In this document: piece after piece, positions 1 to 8,417 of the stretch
Position numbering within the stretch: the first letter of the stretch is position 1
Layout: every line of letters begins with the position of its first letter
Source of the DNA: Planctomyces sp.
GTDB taxonomy: Bacteria > Planctomycetota > Planctomycetia > Planctomycetales > Planctomycetaceae
DNA length: 60,256 nt
Direction: 5' to 3'
Assembly (NCBI GenBank): GCA_005791255.1
Contig: SXXK01000385.1
Location: 1-60,256, forward strand
Notes under the pieces: generated by a model
What the model was told of the DNA's origin: nothing
Seen by the model: only the letters and a program-made list of their open reading frames with translations
Databases searched by the model: none
Position numbers and translations under genes: made by a program

Positions 1-1997
1 ACGGGGGATGTCAGCCGTCCCCCCAGTGTCAGTTTCCAGAGGGGCTGGACCTTTGCCGGGACTTCCTGCCGGGAGGTGCCGCTGCGTTTTTCATCATGGC
101 GGAAGGTGGGCCAGTCGTCATTGCCGTCGAAGTCGGCGATGGCTGCCAGCGGTTCCTGCCATGCCGGGCCTGTTGTCAGCCGTCCCTCTTCGGGGATTTG
201 ACCGGGAATCGGTCGTGTGGGTGCGGTGGGTGCAAGAGCGTTGAACCCATACAGCTTGGCTTCTGGATAACAGGCACAGTTGTGGGGCGGAGTATAGGTC
301 AGACCGTTGCAGGGCATGACTCCATACAGGCAGCCGCCGCGAACCCAGTGATGGATATCCCAGTGTTCCTTTTCAAAGTCTACGAATTCGACTCCTGTGC
401 GTGACGGAATCAGAAAGTTGTCGGTGGCTTTGGCGATATAGCAGCGATGGTGAAACCAGTAGGTGTCAACATCCGGGGCGAATTCCTTTTTCACTGCACC
501 GCTGCGTGGATCGCGACCGGTGAAAACGCCGGTGTCTTTGCCGGAGGTCGTCGGGGCGCACCAGACCAGTCCGTCGACGACCATCAGGTCCTGCGGTGAC
601 TGATAGCCGGAGTTTGGATGATCTGATTCCCACAGCTGTTTTCCTGAGGCGGAATCGACGCTGATCATTTTTCCGTCCCCGCCGGCGTACAGGACCACAT
701 CCTGCCAGACGACCAGTCGGGGACCGAAATTGAACGTGAACTGACGGCGTCGCGTGACAGGTTCACTGGCCCAGACGAGATTTCCGGACTGTGGATCGAG
801 TGCTGTCAGGGATTCTCCGTCGTGGTAGTACACGCGGTGCTGATCGGCGGCGAGGGTGAGGGGTGAGATGCGGGTCTGGCGAGCCCACAGCTGTTTTCCG
901 GTGGCGGCTTCGAAGGCCATGATCACTCGCGGTTCTTCATTCCAGAAGAATTCCTGACCGACTTTTGCCTGATCACCGACGCGCCCGTTGGCGGGTGCAT
1001 AGCTGTCGCGTTCGCCCGGTCCTTTGCGTGACACTGTGAACAGGATGCCATTGGACAGGATGACTTCTTCGGTGGCAGCTGAGCCCTCGTAGGTGCGGAG
1101 CGTTTTTCCGGTGGCGGCATCGAGGGCTTCGAGCGGACCGTCGTTGCTGAGTACGGAATAGACTTCGTGATCGGCCGAGATCAGTCGTCGGGCGAGGTGC
1201 GTCGGGCCACTTTTCAGCGGCCAAAGGTGATTCTGCCAGTCGGTGATGTCGCGTTTCCAGAGGATGACACCGTTGAAGGCATCACGGGCAATGAGTTTCC
1301 AGCGGGAGGGAAGCTGGATTGAGATGCGGCTGCCTTCATCCATGATGTAGAACATGCGTCCGTTGGTGGACACGAGGGCGCTCATGCTGGCCATGCGGTC
1401 ATGATGTCTGGACCAGCGCGGGCTGCCGACCCACTGCAGGTGTCGGGGCGAATTAACGACCGTGTCGTGAGCGACGGCATTTCCTGAGGCGTCGTGCAGG
1501 TAGTGCGACCATTCATCGATGGATGCGGGCCGTGGTTTTGTGAGCTGCTGCCACTGTCCGTCGGGCTGACGCAGCAGGGCCTGTCCGTTGGGTACAAGCA
1601 CTCGCAGAATTTCCTCGCGCTGAGCCGTGCTGCCGGTGTCCGCGATCAGCAGATTGACTGAGTTGTCGACGTAGGGCAGCTGTGGCTCAGCGTGCTGAAT
1701 GACGGACACCTCGCCGTACAGGCCTGCGTTGCGAATGGTGCTGCGTGCCTGTTCGACGAGCGCCGGATCGGCTTCCAGACCATGAACCTGAAACGAGTCG
1801 GACTGTCGGAGTGCGAGTGTCAGGCTGCCATTGCCGCAGCCGGAGTGCACGATCAGTCCGCCGCGGACCTGAGTCTGCCGGAGCAGTTGTGCCGCCTGGT
1901 CCTGTGGTTCAGGAGTACCGGGATTCTGAGCGCTGGCGGGTGCTGCTGTGATTGTCAGGAGCAGGCAGAGCAGCAGATGGACTGGATGCAGGGACAT
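1..1997 (-). CDS. Secreted PQQ/BamB-like beta-propeller repeat protein with N-terminal class I SAM-methyltransferase-like domain (3' end runs off window)
   Basis: Absent from the ORF track because there is no stop inside the window. My translation of the minus strand from ATG (1997-1995) gives the signal peptide MSLHPVHLLLCLLLTITAAPASAQ. MTase-like blocks follow (GLIVHSGCGNGSLTLAL, VDNSVNLLIAD). Recurring propeller motifs follow those (LDAATGKTLRTY, FEAATGKQLWAR, LDPQSGNLVWAS, VDSASGKQLWES). The frame stays open to nt 1. Confidence 0.75.
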   Translation of the reverse strand, partial: MSLHPVHLLLCLLLTITAAPASAQNPGTPEPQDQAAQLLRQTQVRGGLIVHSGCGNGSLTLALRQSDSFQVHGLEADPALVEQARSTIRNAGLYGEVSVIQHAEPQLPYVDNSVNLLIADTGSTAQREEILRVLVPNGQALLRQPDGQWQQLTKPRPASIDEWSHYLHDASGNAVAHDTVVNSPRHLQWVGSPRWSRHHDRMASMSALVSTNGRMFYIMDEGSRISIQLPSRWKLIARDAFNGVILWKRDITDWQNHLWPLKSGPTHLARRLISADHEVYSVLSNDGPLEALDAATGKTLRTYEGSAATEEVILSNGILFTVSRKGPGERDSYAPANGRVGDQAKVGQEFFWNEEPRVIMAFEAATGKQLWARQTRISPLTLAADQHRVYYHDGESLTALDPQSGNLVWASEPVTRRRQFTFNFGPRLVVWQDVVLYAGGDGKMISVDSASGKQLWESDHPNSGYQSPQDLMVVDGLVWCAPTTSGKDTGVFTGRDPRSGAVKKEFAPDVDTYWFHHRCYIAKATDNFLIPSRTGVEFVDFEKEHWDIHHWVRGGCLYGVMPCNGLTYTPPHNCACYPEAKLYGFNALAPTAPTRPIPGQIPEEGRLTTGPAWQEPLAAIADFDGNDDWPTFRHDEKRSGTSRQEVPAKVQPLWKLTLGGRLTSP

Positions 1998-2034
1998 GCA
2001 GAGACTCCTGGAGTCCTGGGTGGGATGAGTCTGA

Positions 2035-2058
2035 GCCGTTGTGGAAACGGCATTTTTT
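2035..2058 (+). terminator. Terminator-like hairpin plus T-run with no upstream plus-strand gene
   Basis: gccgtt-gtgga-aacggc followed by a-tttttt. It lies in the divergent region between the propeller gene start (1997) and panC. Confidence 0.3.
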
Positions 2059-2251
2059 GCGAGTTTGTAATGTAGCGAAGGACGTTTGGAAGAGCGAGCA
2101 GTTGGGCTGTGCGGTGGCGGAATTGCACGAAAACCGGGCGACACGCCCGGACAGGGCTCGACAGCATTCCTTCGGGCCGTGAGAATCCGGCGGGGTGGAG
2201 GTTTTGGATGCACCGAATTTCGGGGCGACACTGGATTCCAGGGATATTCAG

Positions 2252-3109
2252 ATGCTGGTGGAAAGTTGTCCGCAGCAGACGCTGCAGCATGTGACTGCCG
2301 CCCGGCAGCGAGGACTGCTGACGGGTTGTGTCCCCACGATGGGTGCGCTGCATCAGGGGCATGTCAGTCTGATGCAGCGGGCGCGCAGCGAGTGCGGCTA
2401 TGTGACGGCCACGATTTTCGTAAATCCCACGCAGTTTGGGCCTCAGGAGGATTTTTCAAAGTATCCCAGAACGCTGCAGTCGGATCTGCAGTTGTGTGAG
2501 CAGGCCGGCGTGGATCTGGTGTTTACGCCGCAGACTGATCAGATGTATGCGGCCGACGCGGAAACCGTGGTGCAGGTGGGTCGGCTGACCACGCTGCTTG
2601 AGGGGGCTCACAGGCCCGGTCATTTTGACGGAGTAACCACGGTGGTGGCCAAATTGCTGATGATTACTCAGCCGCAGAAGGCCTATTTTGGGCAAAAGGA
2701 CTATCAGCAGCAGCTGGTGGTTCGGCGCATGGTGCGGGATCTGAACATTCCCGTTGAGATTGTGACATGTCCGATCATACGGGAATCGGATGGTCTGGCG
2801 ATGAGCAGTCGCAATCGCTATTTGACGGCGGAAGAGCGGCAGACAGCGACAGCGCTGTCGGGGGCATTGCGGCTGGCCGAGCGATTGTGCAGTCAGTCTG
2901 GCGCCGTGCCGTCGGTGGTGGAACAGCAGATGCAGCAAATGCTGCTGCAGACACCGGGGCTGGTTCTGCAGTATGCTGTGCTGGCCGATCCGGAGACTTT
3001 GCAGCCGCTGCCGGAGCGTGTGCCGAGTGGCACCTCGTGTGTTGCGCTGATTGCAGCCCGTGTCGGCACGACGCGTCTGATCGATAATCTGCTGCTGGTT
3101 TTTGGCTGA
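2252..3109 (+). CDS. panC: Pantoate--beta-alanine ligase
   Basis: Motifs VPTMGALHQGH, TIFVNPTQF, FGQKDYQQ, ESDGLAMSSRN. The ATG at 2252 puts about 26 aa before the VPTMG block, as in characterised PanC. The track ORF starts at an upstream GTG (2195). Confidence 0.9.
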   Translation: MLVESCPQQTLQHVTAARQRGLLTGCVPTMGALHQGHVSLMQRARSECGYVTATIFVNPTQFGPQEDFSKYPRTLQSDLQLCEQAGVDLVFTPQTDQMYAADAETVVQVGRLTTLLEGAHRPGHFDGVTTVVAKLLMITQPQKAYFGQKDYQQQLVVRRMVRDLNIPVEIVTCPIIRESDGLAMSSRNRYLTAEERQTATALSGALRLAERLCSQSGAVPSVVEQQMQQMLLQTPGLVLQYAVLADPETLQPLPERVPSGTSCVALIAARVGTTRLIDNLLLVFG

Positions 3110-3126
3110 GCCTTCTGGAAGTCATC

Positions 3127-4203
3127 ATGCGCACGAACCTGCTGAGATTCATGTTTGATTCGGCGTGGCGCTTTGATGCGGCCGGCAACGAGTTGTATGT
3201 GGGAGCGGGCTGGCTGATTCTGGTGTGGACATTGGCTGTGTGCGTGTTGTCAGCACAACTCTGGCGGCGCGAGGGAAGCCTGGTGGAAGCCCTGCTGGCA
3301 GCCGGATTCTGGCTGGTGGTTCCTGCAGGATTTCTGGGTTTGCTGCTGCTGCAGCCGGATATCGGGATCGTGCGGGACGGGTTCCCGGTGTTTGGCTATG
3401 GATTCATGATGTTTGTGGGTTTCTCCACAGCCAGTTGGCTGGCAGCGCGACGCATTCGTTCGATTGGCGTGGATCCGGACATCATCTGGGACATGCTGAT
3501 GTGGGCTCTGATACCGGGATTGATCGGAGCGCGGGCTTATTTTCTGCTGCGACATGGCAATCCGGCATTTTCAGCGGCGACGGGGCTGCAGAAGGTGATT
3601 GCTGCGGTGGCATTGTGGGATGGCGGGATCGTGTTTTACGGCAGCGTGATTGGCGGGATGGCGGGGATCGCGACATTCTGTCGTCTGCGGAAGCTGCCGC
3701 TGGTACCGATTCTGGATGTGCTGACGCCCTCACTGCTGGTGGGGGAGGGATTTGGAAGGATTGGCTGTTTTCTGTATGGCTGCTGTTATGGTCGGGCCTG
3801 CAGTCTGCCGTGGGCGGTGCAGTTTCCGCCTGACAGCCTGACATTTGGTCAACTGGTGGTGAAGGGGCAGCTGGATCCGCTGGCGCAGGCGACCATGCCT
3901 TTGCATCCGGTCCAGCTTTACAGCTCGGCTGCGGCTTTTGTGCTGGCCGGTATTCTGGCGTGGTATTTTCGCAGACGTCCGTATGACGGTGCGGTGATGA
4001 GTCTGGCGGCGATTTTGTATCCGATTTCCCGTTATGGTCTGGAATCTCTGCGGGCGGATGTGGCTCCTTTCACTCTGGGGCTGAAGGACGCTGAAATTTT
4101 CAGTCTGCTGCTGGTGGCAGTCGGAATTGGCGGGATGTATTATTTTTCACGTCATCGACGGCTGACCGGCTCGCGGAAAGCGGAGGGAATGCCGACCGGC
4201 TGA
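3127..4203 (+). CDS. lgt: Prolipoprotein diacylglyceryl transferase
   Basis: Multi-TM protein with the Lgt blocks WDGGIVFYGSVIGG, GRIGCFLYGCCYG and HPVQLYSS. It starts 17 nt after panC. Confidence 0.9.
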   Translation: MRTNLLRFMFDSAWRFDAAGNELYVGAGWLILVWTLAVCVLSAQLWRREGSLVEALLAAGFWLVVPAGFLGLLLLQPDIGIVRDGFPVFGYGFMMFVGFSTASWLAARRIRSIGVDPDIIWDMLMWALIPGLIGARAYFLLRHGNPAFSAATGLQKVIAAVALWDGGIVFYGSVIGGMAGIATFCRLRKLPLVPILDVLTPSLLVGEGFGRIGCFLYGCCYGRACSLPWAVQFPPDSLTFGQLVVKGQLDPLAQATMPLHPVQLYSSAAAFVLAGILAWYFRRRPYDGAVMSLAAILYPISRYGLESLRADVAPFTLGLKDAEIFSLLLVAVGIGGMYYFSRHRRLTGSRKAEGMPTG

Positions 4204-4206
4204 CTG

Positions 4207-4845
4207 GTGGTGGCTGGCAGTTGCGGGGACGGTTTTCAGCGGACGAGTTTTAGCAGGCGAACTTGCGTGGGCGAGCCATCGGATCAGCAGCTCATTTCTG
4301 ACGCTCTGCGGGGTACAGCGGATTCTGCAGAGGCGTTTGACCTGCTGGTACTGCGGTATCAGGATCGGCTGGTGCACAGTCTGGAGCACAGTCTGGGTTC
4401 TCGTGAGGATGCATTGGATGCAGCTCAGCAGGCCTTTCTGCTGGCGTGGCAGCAGCTGTCAAAATTCCGAGGGGACTCAGGGTTTTATTCGTGGCTGTAC
4501 CGGATTGCCCGCAATGCCGCGATCAGCAGCGTGCGACGTCGGCGTCCGGCTGGTTCATTGGATCAGCTGACGGAGGCCGGTCTGGCGGAGCCTGTTGATC
4601 AGGGAACGGCAGGGACTACCGGAGCAGCCCTGGAACTGGACGAAGAAGTTCAGCGACTGCGGCAGGCGCTGCGCCAGGTGCCTCAGGATTTTCGTGAAGT
4701 TCTGGTGCTGAAGGACATTGACGAGATGTCTTATGAGCAGATTTCTGAGCTGCTGGGGATTCCGCTGGGTACGGTGCGCAGCCGTCTGTTTCGGGCTCGT
4801 CAGGATCTGCTGGATCGGATGCAGCGACTGGAACGGGATCAGTAG
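4207..4845 (+). CDS. ECF-type RNA polymerase sigma-70 family factor
   Basis: Region 2 (FDLLVLRYQDRLVHSL, AQQAFLLAWQQL, FYSWLYRIARN). Region 4 HTH (MSYEQISELLGIPLGTVRSRLFRARQDL). The GTG start lies 3 nt after the lgt stop, and a start about 20 codons later is also possible. Confidence 0.85.
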   Translation: MVAGSCGDGFQRTSFSRRTCVGEPSDQQLISDALRGTADSAEAFDLLVLRYQDRLVHSLEHSLGSREDALDAAQQAFLLAWQQLSKFRGDSGFYSWLYRIARNAAISSVRRRRPAGSLDQLTEAGLAEPVDQGTAGTTGAALELDEEVQRLRQALRQVPQDFREVLVLKDIDEMSYEQISELLGIPLGTVRSRLFRARQDLLDRMQRLERDQ

Positions 4846-5882
4846 GTCTGCTGCTGCAGGGGCAAGGGGTTCCAGGATGCGAAGTACATGGCCTGCGGTA
4901 CTGTGGAAGCGGCAAACTGTTCGCTGAGTGATGGTGTGCGAGTGGCAGCTCCCAGTACGACATCGATCAGTCCCGGCATGGCCCGATACTCGAACACTTC
5001 GTACTGATCCAGCTGCAGCTGTGCGGCGAGGGCCTTGACGGCGTCTTCCTGATAGCCCAGTTCGTCCACGAGGCCATTGTCGAGAGCCTGCTGAGCGGTG
5101 TAAATCTGGCCGGTTGCCAGTTTGCGAATGGCTTCCTGATCCAGTTGTTTCCGACCTGCATCAATGACACCGATGAAGCGGTCGAACGAGTCCTTCAGAA
5201 TGGCGTCCCAGACCTGTGTTTCCTGAGGAGTCATATCGCGGAAGGGGTTCAGGGTATCCTTCAGTGGGCCGGTGGTCAGTGGCTCCACTTTCACTCCCAC
5301 GGTTTCCGCCAGTTTTGTGGCGTTGTAGCGCGCGATGATGACACCGATGGAACCGGTCCAGGTTGTGGGTTCAGCGAAGATGCGGGAGGATTCACCGGGT
5401 GCGACGGCGATGTAGTAGCCGCCGGAGGCGGCCAGGCGTTTCATGGACACCCAGACCGGTTTTGTGGCTGCCAGCAGTTCAATTTCGTGATGCAGCTGAT
5501 GGCTGTCTGCCACGAATCCTCCGGGGCTGTCAATCGACAGCAGCACTCCGCGAACCGACTGATCCTTTGCTGCCTTTCGCAGCTGGCGAATCCAGCGTTC
5601 GGTAAAGGGTGGGCTGATCATGCCTTCGACGGAGATCACGGCGATGCGTGCGGCGGCACCGCGGGTGCCTTCCAGGAACAGCTCCGGGATGTCCGTGCCG
5701 GAGGTCGTCAGGCTGGGTCCCAGCAGCAGCCAGAAGTTCAGCAGCAGTGACAGGGTCAGCAGGATGCGGGCAAGTCGTCCGGAAGGTTTTCCGGAGGCAT
5801 CGCCGGAAACGACACGGATCGTGATCTGCTGCTGTCCGACGGTCACTGCTTCACCAGCTCGCACCGTTGTTTCACTGCTCAT
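4839..5882 (-). CDS. sppA: Signal peptide peptidase SppA (S49 family, 36K type)
   Basis: N-terminal TM segment, then VRGVLLSIDSPGG, KRLAASGGYYIA and GSIGVI blocks. Its 3' end overlaps the convergent sigma gene by 7 nt. Confidence 0.85.
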   Translation of the reverse strand: MSSETTVRAGEAVTVGQQQITIRVVSGDASGKPSGRLARILLTLSLLLNFWLLLGPSLTTSGTDIPELFLEGTRGAAARIAVISVEGMISPPFTERWIRQLRKAAKDQSVRGVLLSIDSPGGFVADSHQLHHEIELLAATKPVWVSMKRLAASGGYYIAVAPGESSRIFAEPTTWTGSIGVIIARYNATKLAETVGVKVEPLTTGPLKDTLNPFRDMTPQETQVWDAILKDSFDRFIGVIDAGRKQLDQEAIRKLATGQIYTAQQALDNGLVDELGYQEDAVKALAAQLQLDQYEVFEYRAMPGLIDVVLGAATRTPSLSEQFAASTVPQAMYFASWNPLPLQQQTY

Positions 5883-6257
5883 AAGTCTGCCAGGGTTGTA
5901 CTGAATTCAAGTGCCGGAAGTGGTCAGGGCCGCGGGGGGGAAGTATGGGGCGAGTGAGCGAGCGAGTCAAAGCAGCGGGGTATTGGGGGGCGAGATCAGC
6001 GAGAATCGGCATTTCCAGCCACCTGGCCGAAATTCCGCGCCGATTCAGGGGGTTTTGGGGGAATGCGGGGATTCTTTCGGTCGTTCCGGTTTTTCATGTT
6101 CCAGTAATCCTGTCTGTCGCAGGGACTGAAAAACCCAAACAAGTGCACCAACCGGCCTTTTCGGAACCGTCGATACAGACGGCAGTGCGTGAGCCTTGAT
6201 GCGTGGATCGCAGCGTGGCATTGAGGGGCAGAAAAGTTCCGGGAGAGGAAAGTTGTC

Positions 6258-7901
6258 ATGAAGACAGAAAAGTGGGTGAGCCGCACGTTTGTGGTGGCGG
6301 CAATGTCGGCCACGGTGGCGGTGCCGATGTCCGGGTCTGCTCAGGGGATGCAGGATTCTGCAGTGTCTCGCAACAGTGGCAAGACTCAGGTGCAGTCCGC
6401 TTCGCATGGCACCAGCGTGAACGGGGAACTTCAGAAGCTGTTTCAGCAGAGCGGTCAGGAGATGCCGTCGATGCGGTCTCAGGATCTGCCGAACGCTCAG
6501 AACATGCAGACTCAACTGGTGCGGAAGAAGCCGGCTGAGCCTCCGAAGAAGGAGAACGTGTTCAAGAAGTTCTGGGGCAAGGTGACAGGGCGTGGCACTG
6601 CTCCTGCGGCTGCTCCGGCTCCGGTTCCTCCGGACTACCTTGAACCGGCTCCGGTACCAGCAACGGCTGGTCCGGCTGGCGGGCTGCGTCGTTCGGCTCC
6701 GCTGCCTGCTGCTGCGCCCAAAGCTGTCGCCGCCCGGCCGGCTTTCCCCAGCATTATGAAACCTGCTGCAACTCCGAACGGTGAACCTGCTGCCGTGCCT
6801 CCGGTGGCTGGTCACAGCCTGCGACCTCGCACGACGGTATCCGAGCCTGCGACAGCGGGGCCTGCCGGTTTGCCGGGACTGTCCGGTAAGCCTGCGCGGT
6901 TCACGCAGCCCGGAGCTGCTCCGGCCTTCATGCCGAAAGCAGAAGCGGCCGCTGCTGCTGCGGCGGCTTCAGCCTCCGCTGCGGCGAAGCAGGTGTCATC
7001 GGCGGCCAATGCGACGGTTGATGCGGTCAAAAAACAGTCGGAGTTTCCGGAACTGTTTGGCGGTGCGGAGGCTGATGCAGCTGCAGACCCGCTGGATCTG
7101 GATTCGATTGCCGAGGCCATGCAGGAGCAGGAAAACAGCGTGAAGCAGCAGGCGAGTGCGGCTGCTGAGACCATCACAGAGACCGTGCAGCAGAAAGCAG
7201 CCACAGTGGATGCTGCGGTGCAGGAAGCAGAGCAGGCTCTGAAGTCAGTGGCTGAGGAAAATCCCTTTACGGGAGTGATTCTGGAGCAGCAGAAAGAGAC
7301 CCTGCCGGAAGCCATACAGTTTGAGGAAGCGGAAGCAGCGCAGCAGTCCCGCGTGGCACAGCCGCCGGCGTTCGAACCTTCGCTGCCGTCCGATCTGCCG
7401 ACATTCCCTGCAGCCGCACCGACGACGGAAACCGAGACTGAGTCAGCAGCCGCAGGTGAATCCCAGGCTGCCCCGTCAGAGCAGCTGCGGAGCCTGCCGG
7501 ATGAGAAGCTGCGGGTGGCGATGGAAAATGATGAGCGACAGAAACAGCTGACTCGCATCCGCGAGCGAGGTGAGCAGACGGGCTTCAAGGGATTCTGTCC
7601 GGTTGCCCTGCGTGATCACCGTGAACTGATCGATGCGGATTCCGCGATCACCGCGCAGTTCGGACTGCAGACATATGCGTTTTCTTCTGAACAGGCTCGT
7701 TCGCTGTTTGAAGCTGATCCGACTCGATATGCCCCGGCTTCCGGTGGCTGCGATGTGGTGGTACTGGCCAGAGAAGGTGTGGAACGTCCCGGTCGTCTGG
7801 ACTTTGCACTGTGGTTCCGCGGTCGTCTGTACATGTTTGAAACCCGCGATTCAATGTCCGAGTTCCACGCGTCTCCGAGAACCTTCGCAGTGGAGCAGTG
7901 A
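6258..7901 (+). CDS. Secreted Ala/Pro-rich protein with C-terminal Cys-containing YHS-like tandem module
   Basis: A GGAGAGGAAAG purine-rich stretch (SD-like) precedes the ATG. Signal peptide MKTEKWVSRTFVVAAMSATVAVPMSGSAQG. A long low-complexity A/P/E/Q region follows. The C-terminus reads GFCPVALRD...YAFSS...YAP..GGCDVV...GRLYMFET. Confidence 0.6.
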   Translation: MKTEKWVSRTFVVAAMSATVAVPMSGSAQGMQDSAVSRNSGKTQVQSASHGTSVNGELQKLFQQSGQEMPSMRSQDLPNAQNMQTQLVRKKPAEPPKKENVFKKFWGKVTGRGTAPAAAPAPVPPDYLEPAPVPATAGPAGGLRRSAPLPAAAPKAVAARPAFPSIMKPAATPNGEPAAVPPVAGHSLRPRTTVSEPATAGPAGLPGLSGKPARFTQPGAAPAFMPKAEAAAAAAAASASAAAKQVSSAANATVDAVKKQSEFPELFGGAEADAAADPLDLDSIAEAMQEQENSVKQQASAAAETITETVQQKAATVDAAVQEAEQALKSVAEENPFTGVILEQQKETLPEAIQFEEAEAAQQSRVAQPPAFEPSLPSDLPTFPAAAPTTETETESAAAGESQAAPSEQLRSLPDEKLRVAMENDERQKQLTRIRERGEQTGFKGFCPVALRDHRELIDADSAITAQFGLQTYAFSSEQARSLFEADPTRYAPASGGCDVVVLAREGVERPGRLDFALWFRGRLYMFETRDSMSEFHASPRTFAVEQ

Positions 7902-7950
7902 GCATTGTCGAAGTGCAGTGCACTGAGCAGTATTTGCGACGCTGAACTGA

Positions 7951-7979
7951 AGCCGGATCCTTTGGATCCGGCTTTTTTT
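7951..7979 (+). terminator. Rho-independent terminator
   Basis: Perfect 10-bp stem agccggatcc / ggatccggct with loop ttt, followed by a T7 run. It lies 50 nt after the stop at 7901. Confidence 0.7.
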
Positions 7980-8179
7980 GTTATGAGGTTGTGGGTGGCT
8001 GAGCAACGGAGCGCAGAATTCGCGTTTGTCTGCATTCGGGCGGCCGGGTCAGGCCCATGACAGGGCGGGCATCGGCAGAAAATGCCGTCTCAGCATCTTT
8101 TTCCAGCGGGTGTTCCTGTCGAAACTTGATTTTCTTGAAAATCGACCACGGTTTTGCCTGGATTCGCTGTGAAGACGTG

Positions 8180-8209
8180 TTGACACTCGCGACCGATCAC
8201 AGCTATCAA
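8180..8209 (+). promoter_or_regulatory. Candidate sigma70-like promoter (TTGACA-N18-TATCAA)
   Basis: ttgaca at 8180-8185 and tatcaa at 8204-8209, about 210 nt upstream of the regulator gene at 8418. Pattern match only. Confidence 0.25.
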
Positions 8210-8417
8210 TCGGCCTCTCAAGCCGGACCTGACTCACTGGTCCAGATATCCTTTCCCGTTCTCCTCTCTTCCTCTCCGGACTTGCTCCGGAAAACTTCCT
8301 GATACCCCGTTTCACCTCCGTTCAGGGCTTTCTCGGCCTGATGTTCGGGAGTGTTGCTTCAGGAATTTCACGTCTCTCTCCCTCCGTCTCTCCCTCAGCT
8401 CTCAGATCGAGGACATC

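Noticed and set aside
6045-6815. 256-aa minus-strand ORF, extremely Arg/Ser/His-rich
   Set aside because: It is a shadow of the Ala/Pro-rich plus-strand gene and its upstream region. The composition is an artefact of reading GC-rich Ala/Pro codons in reverse.
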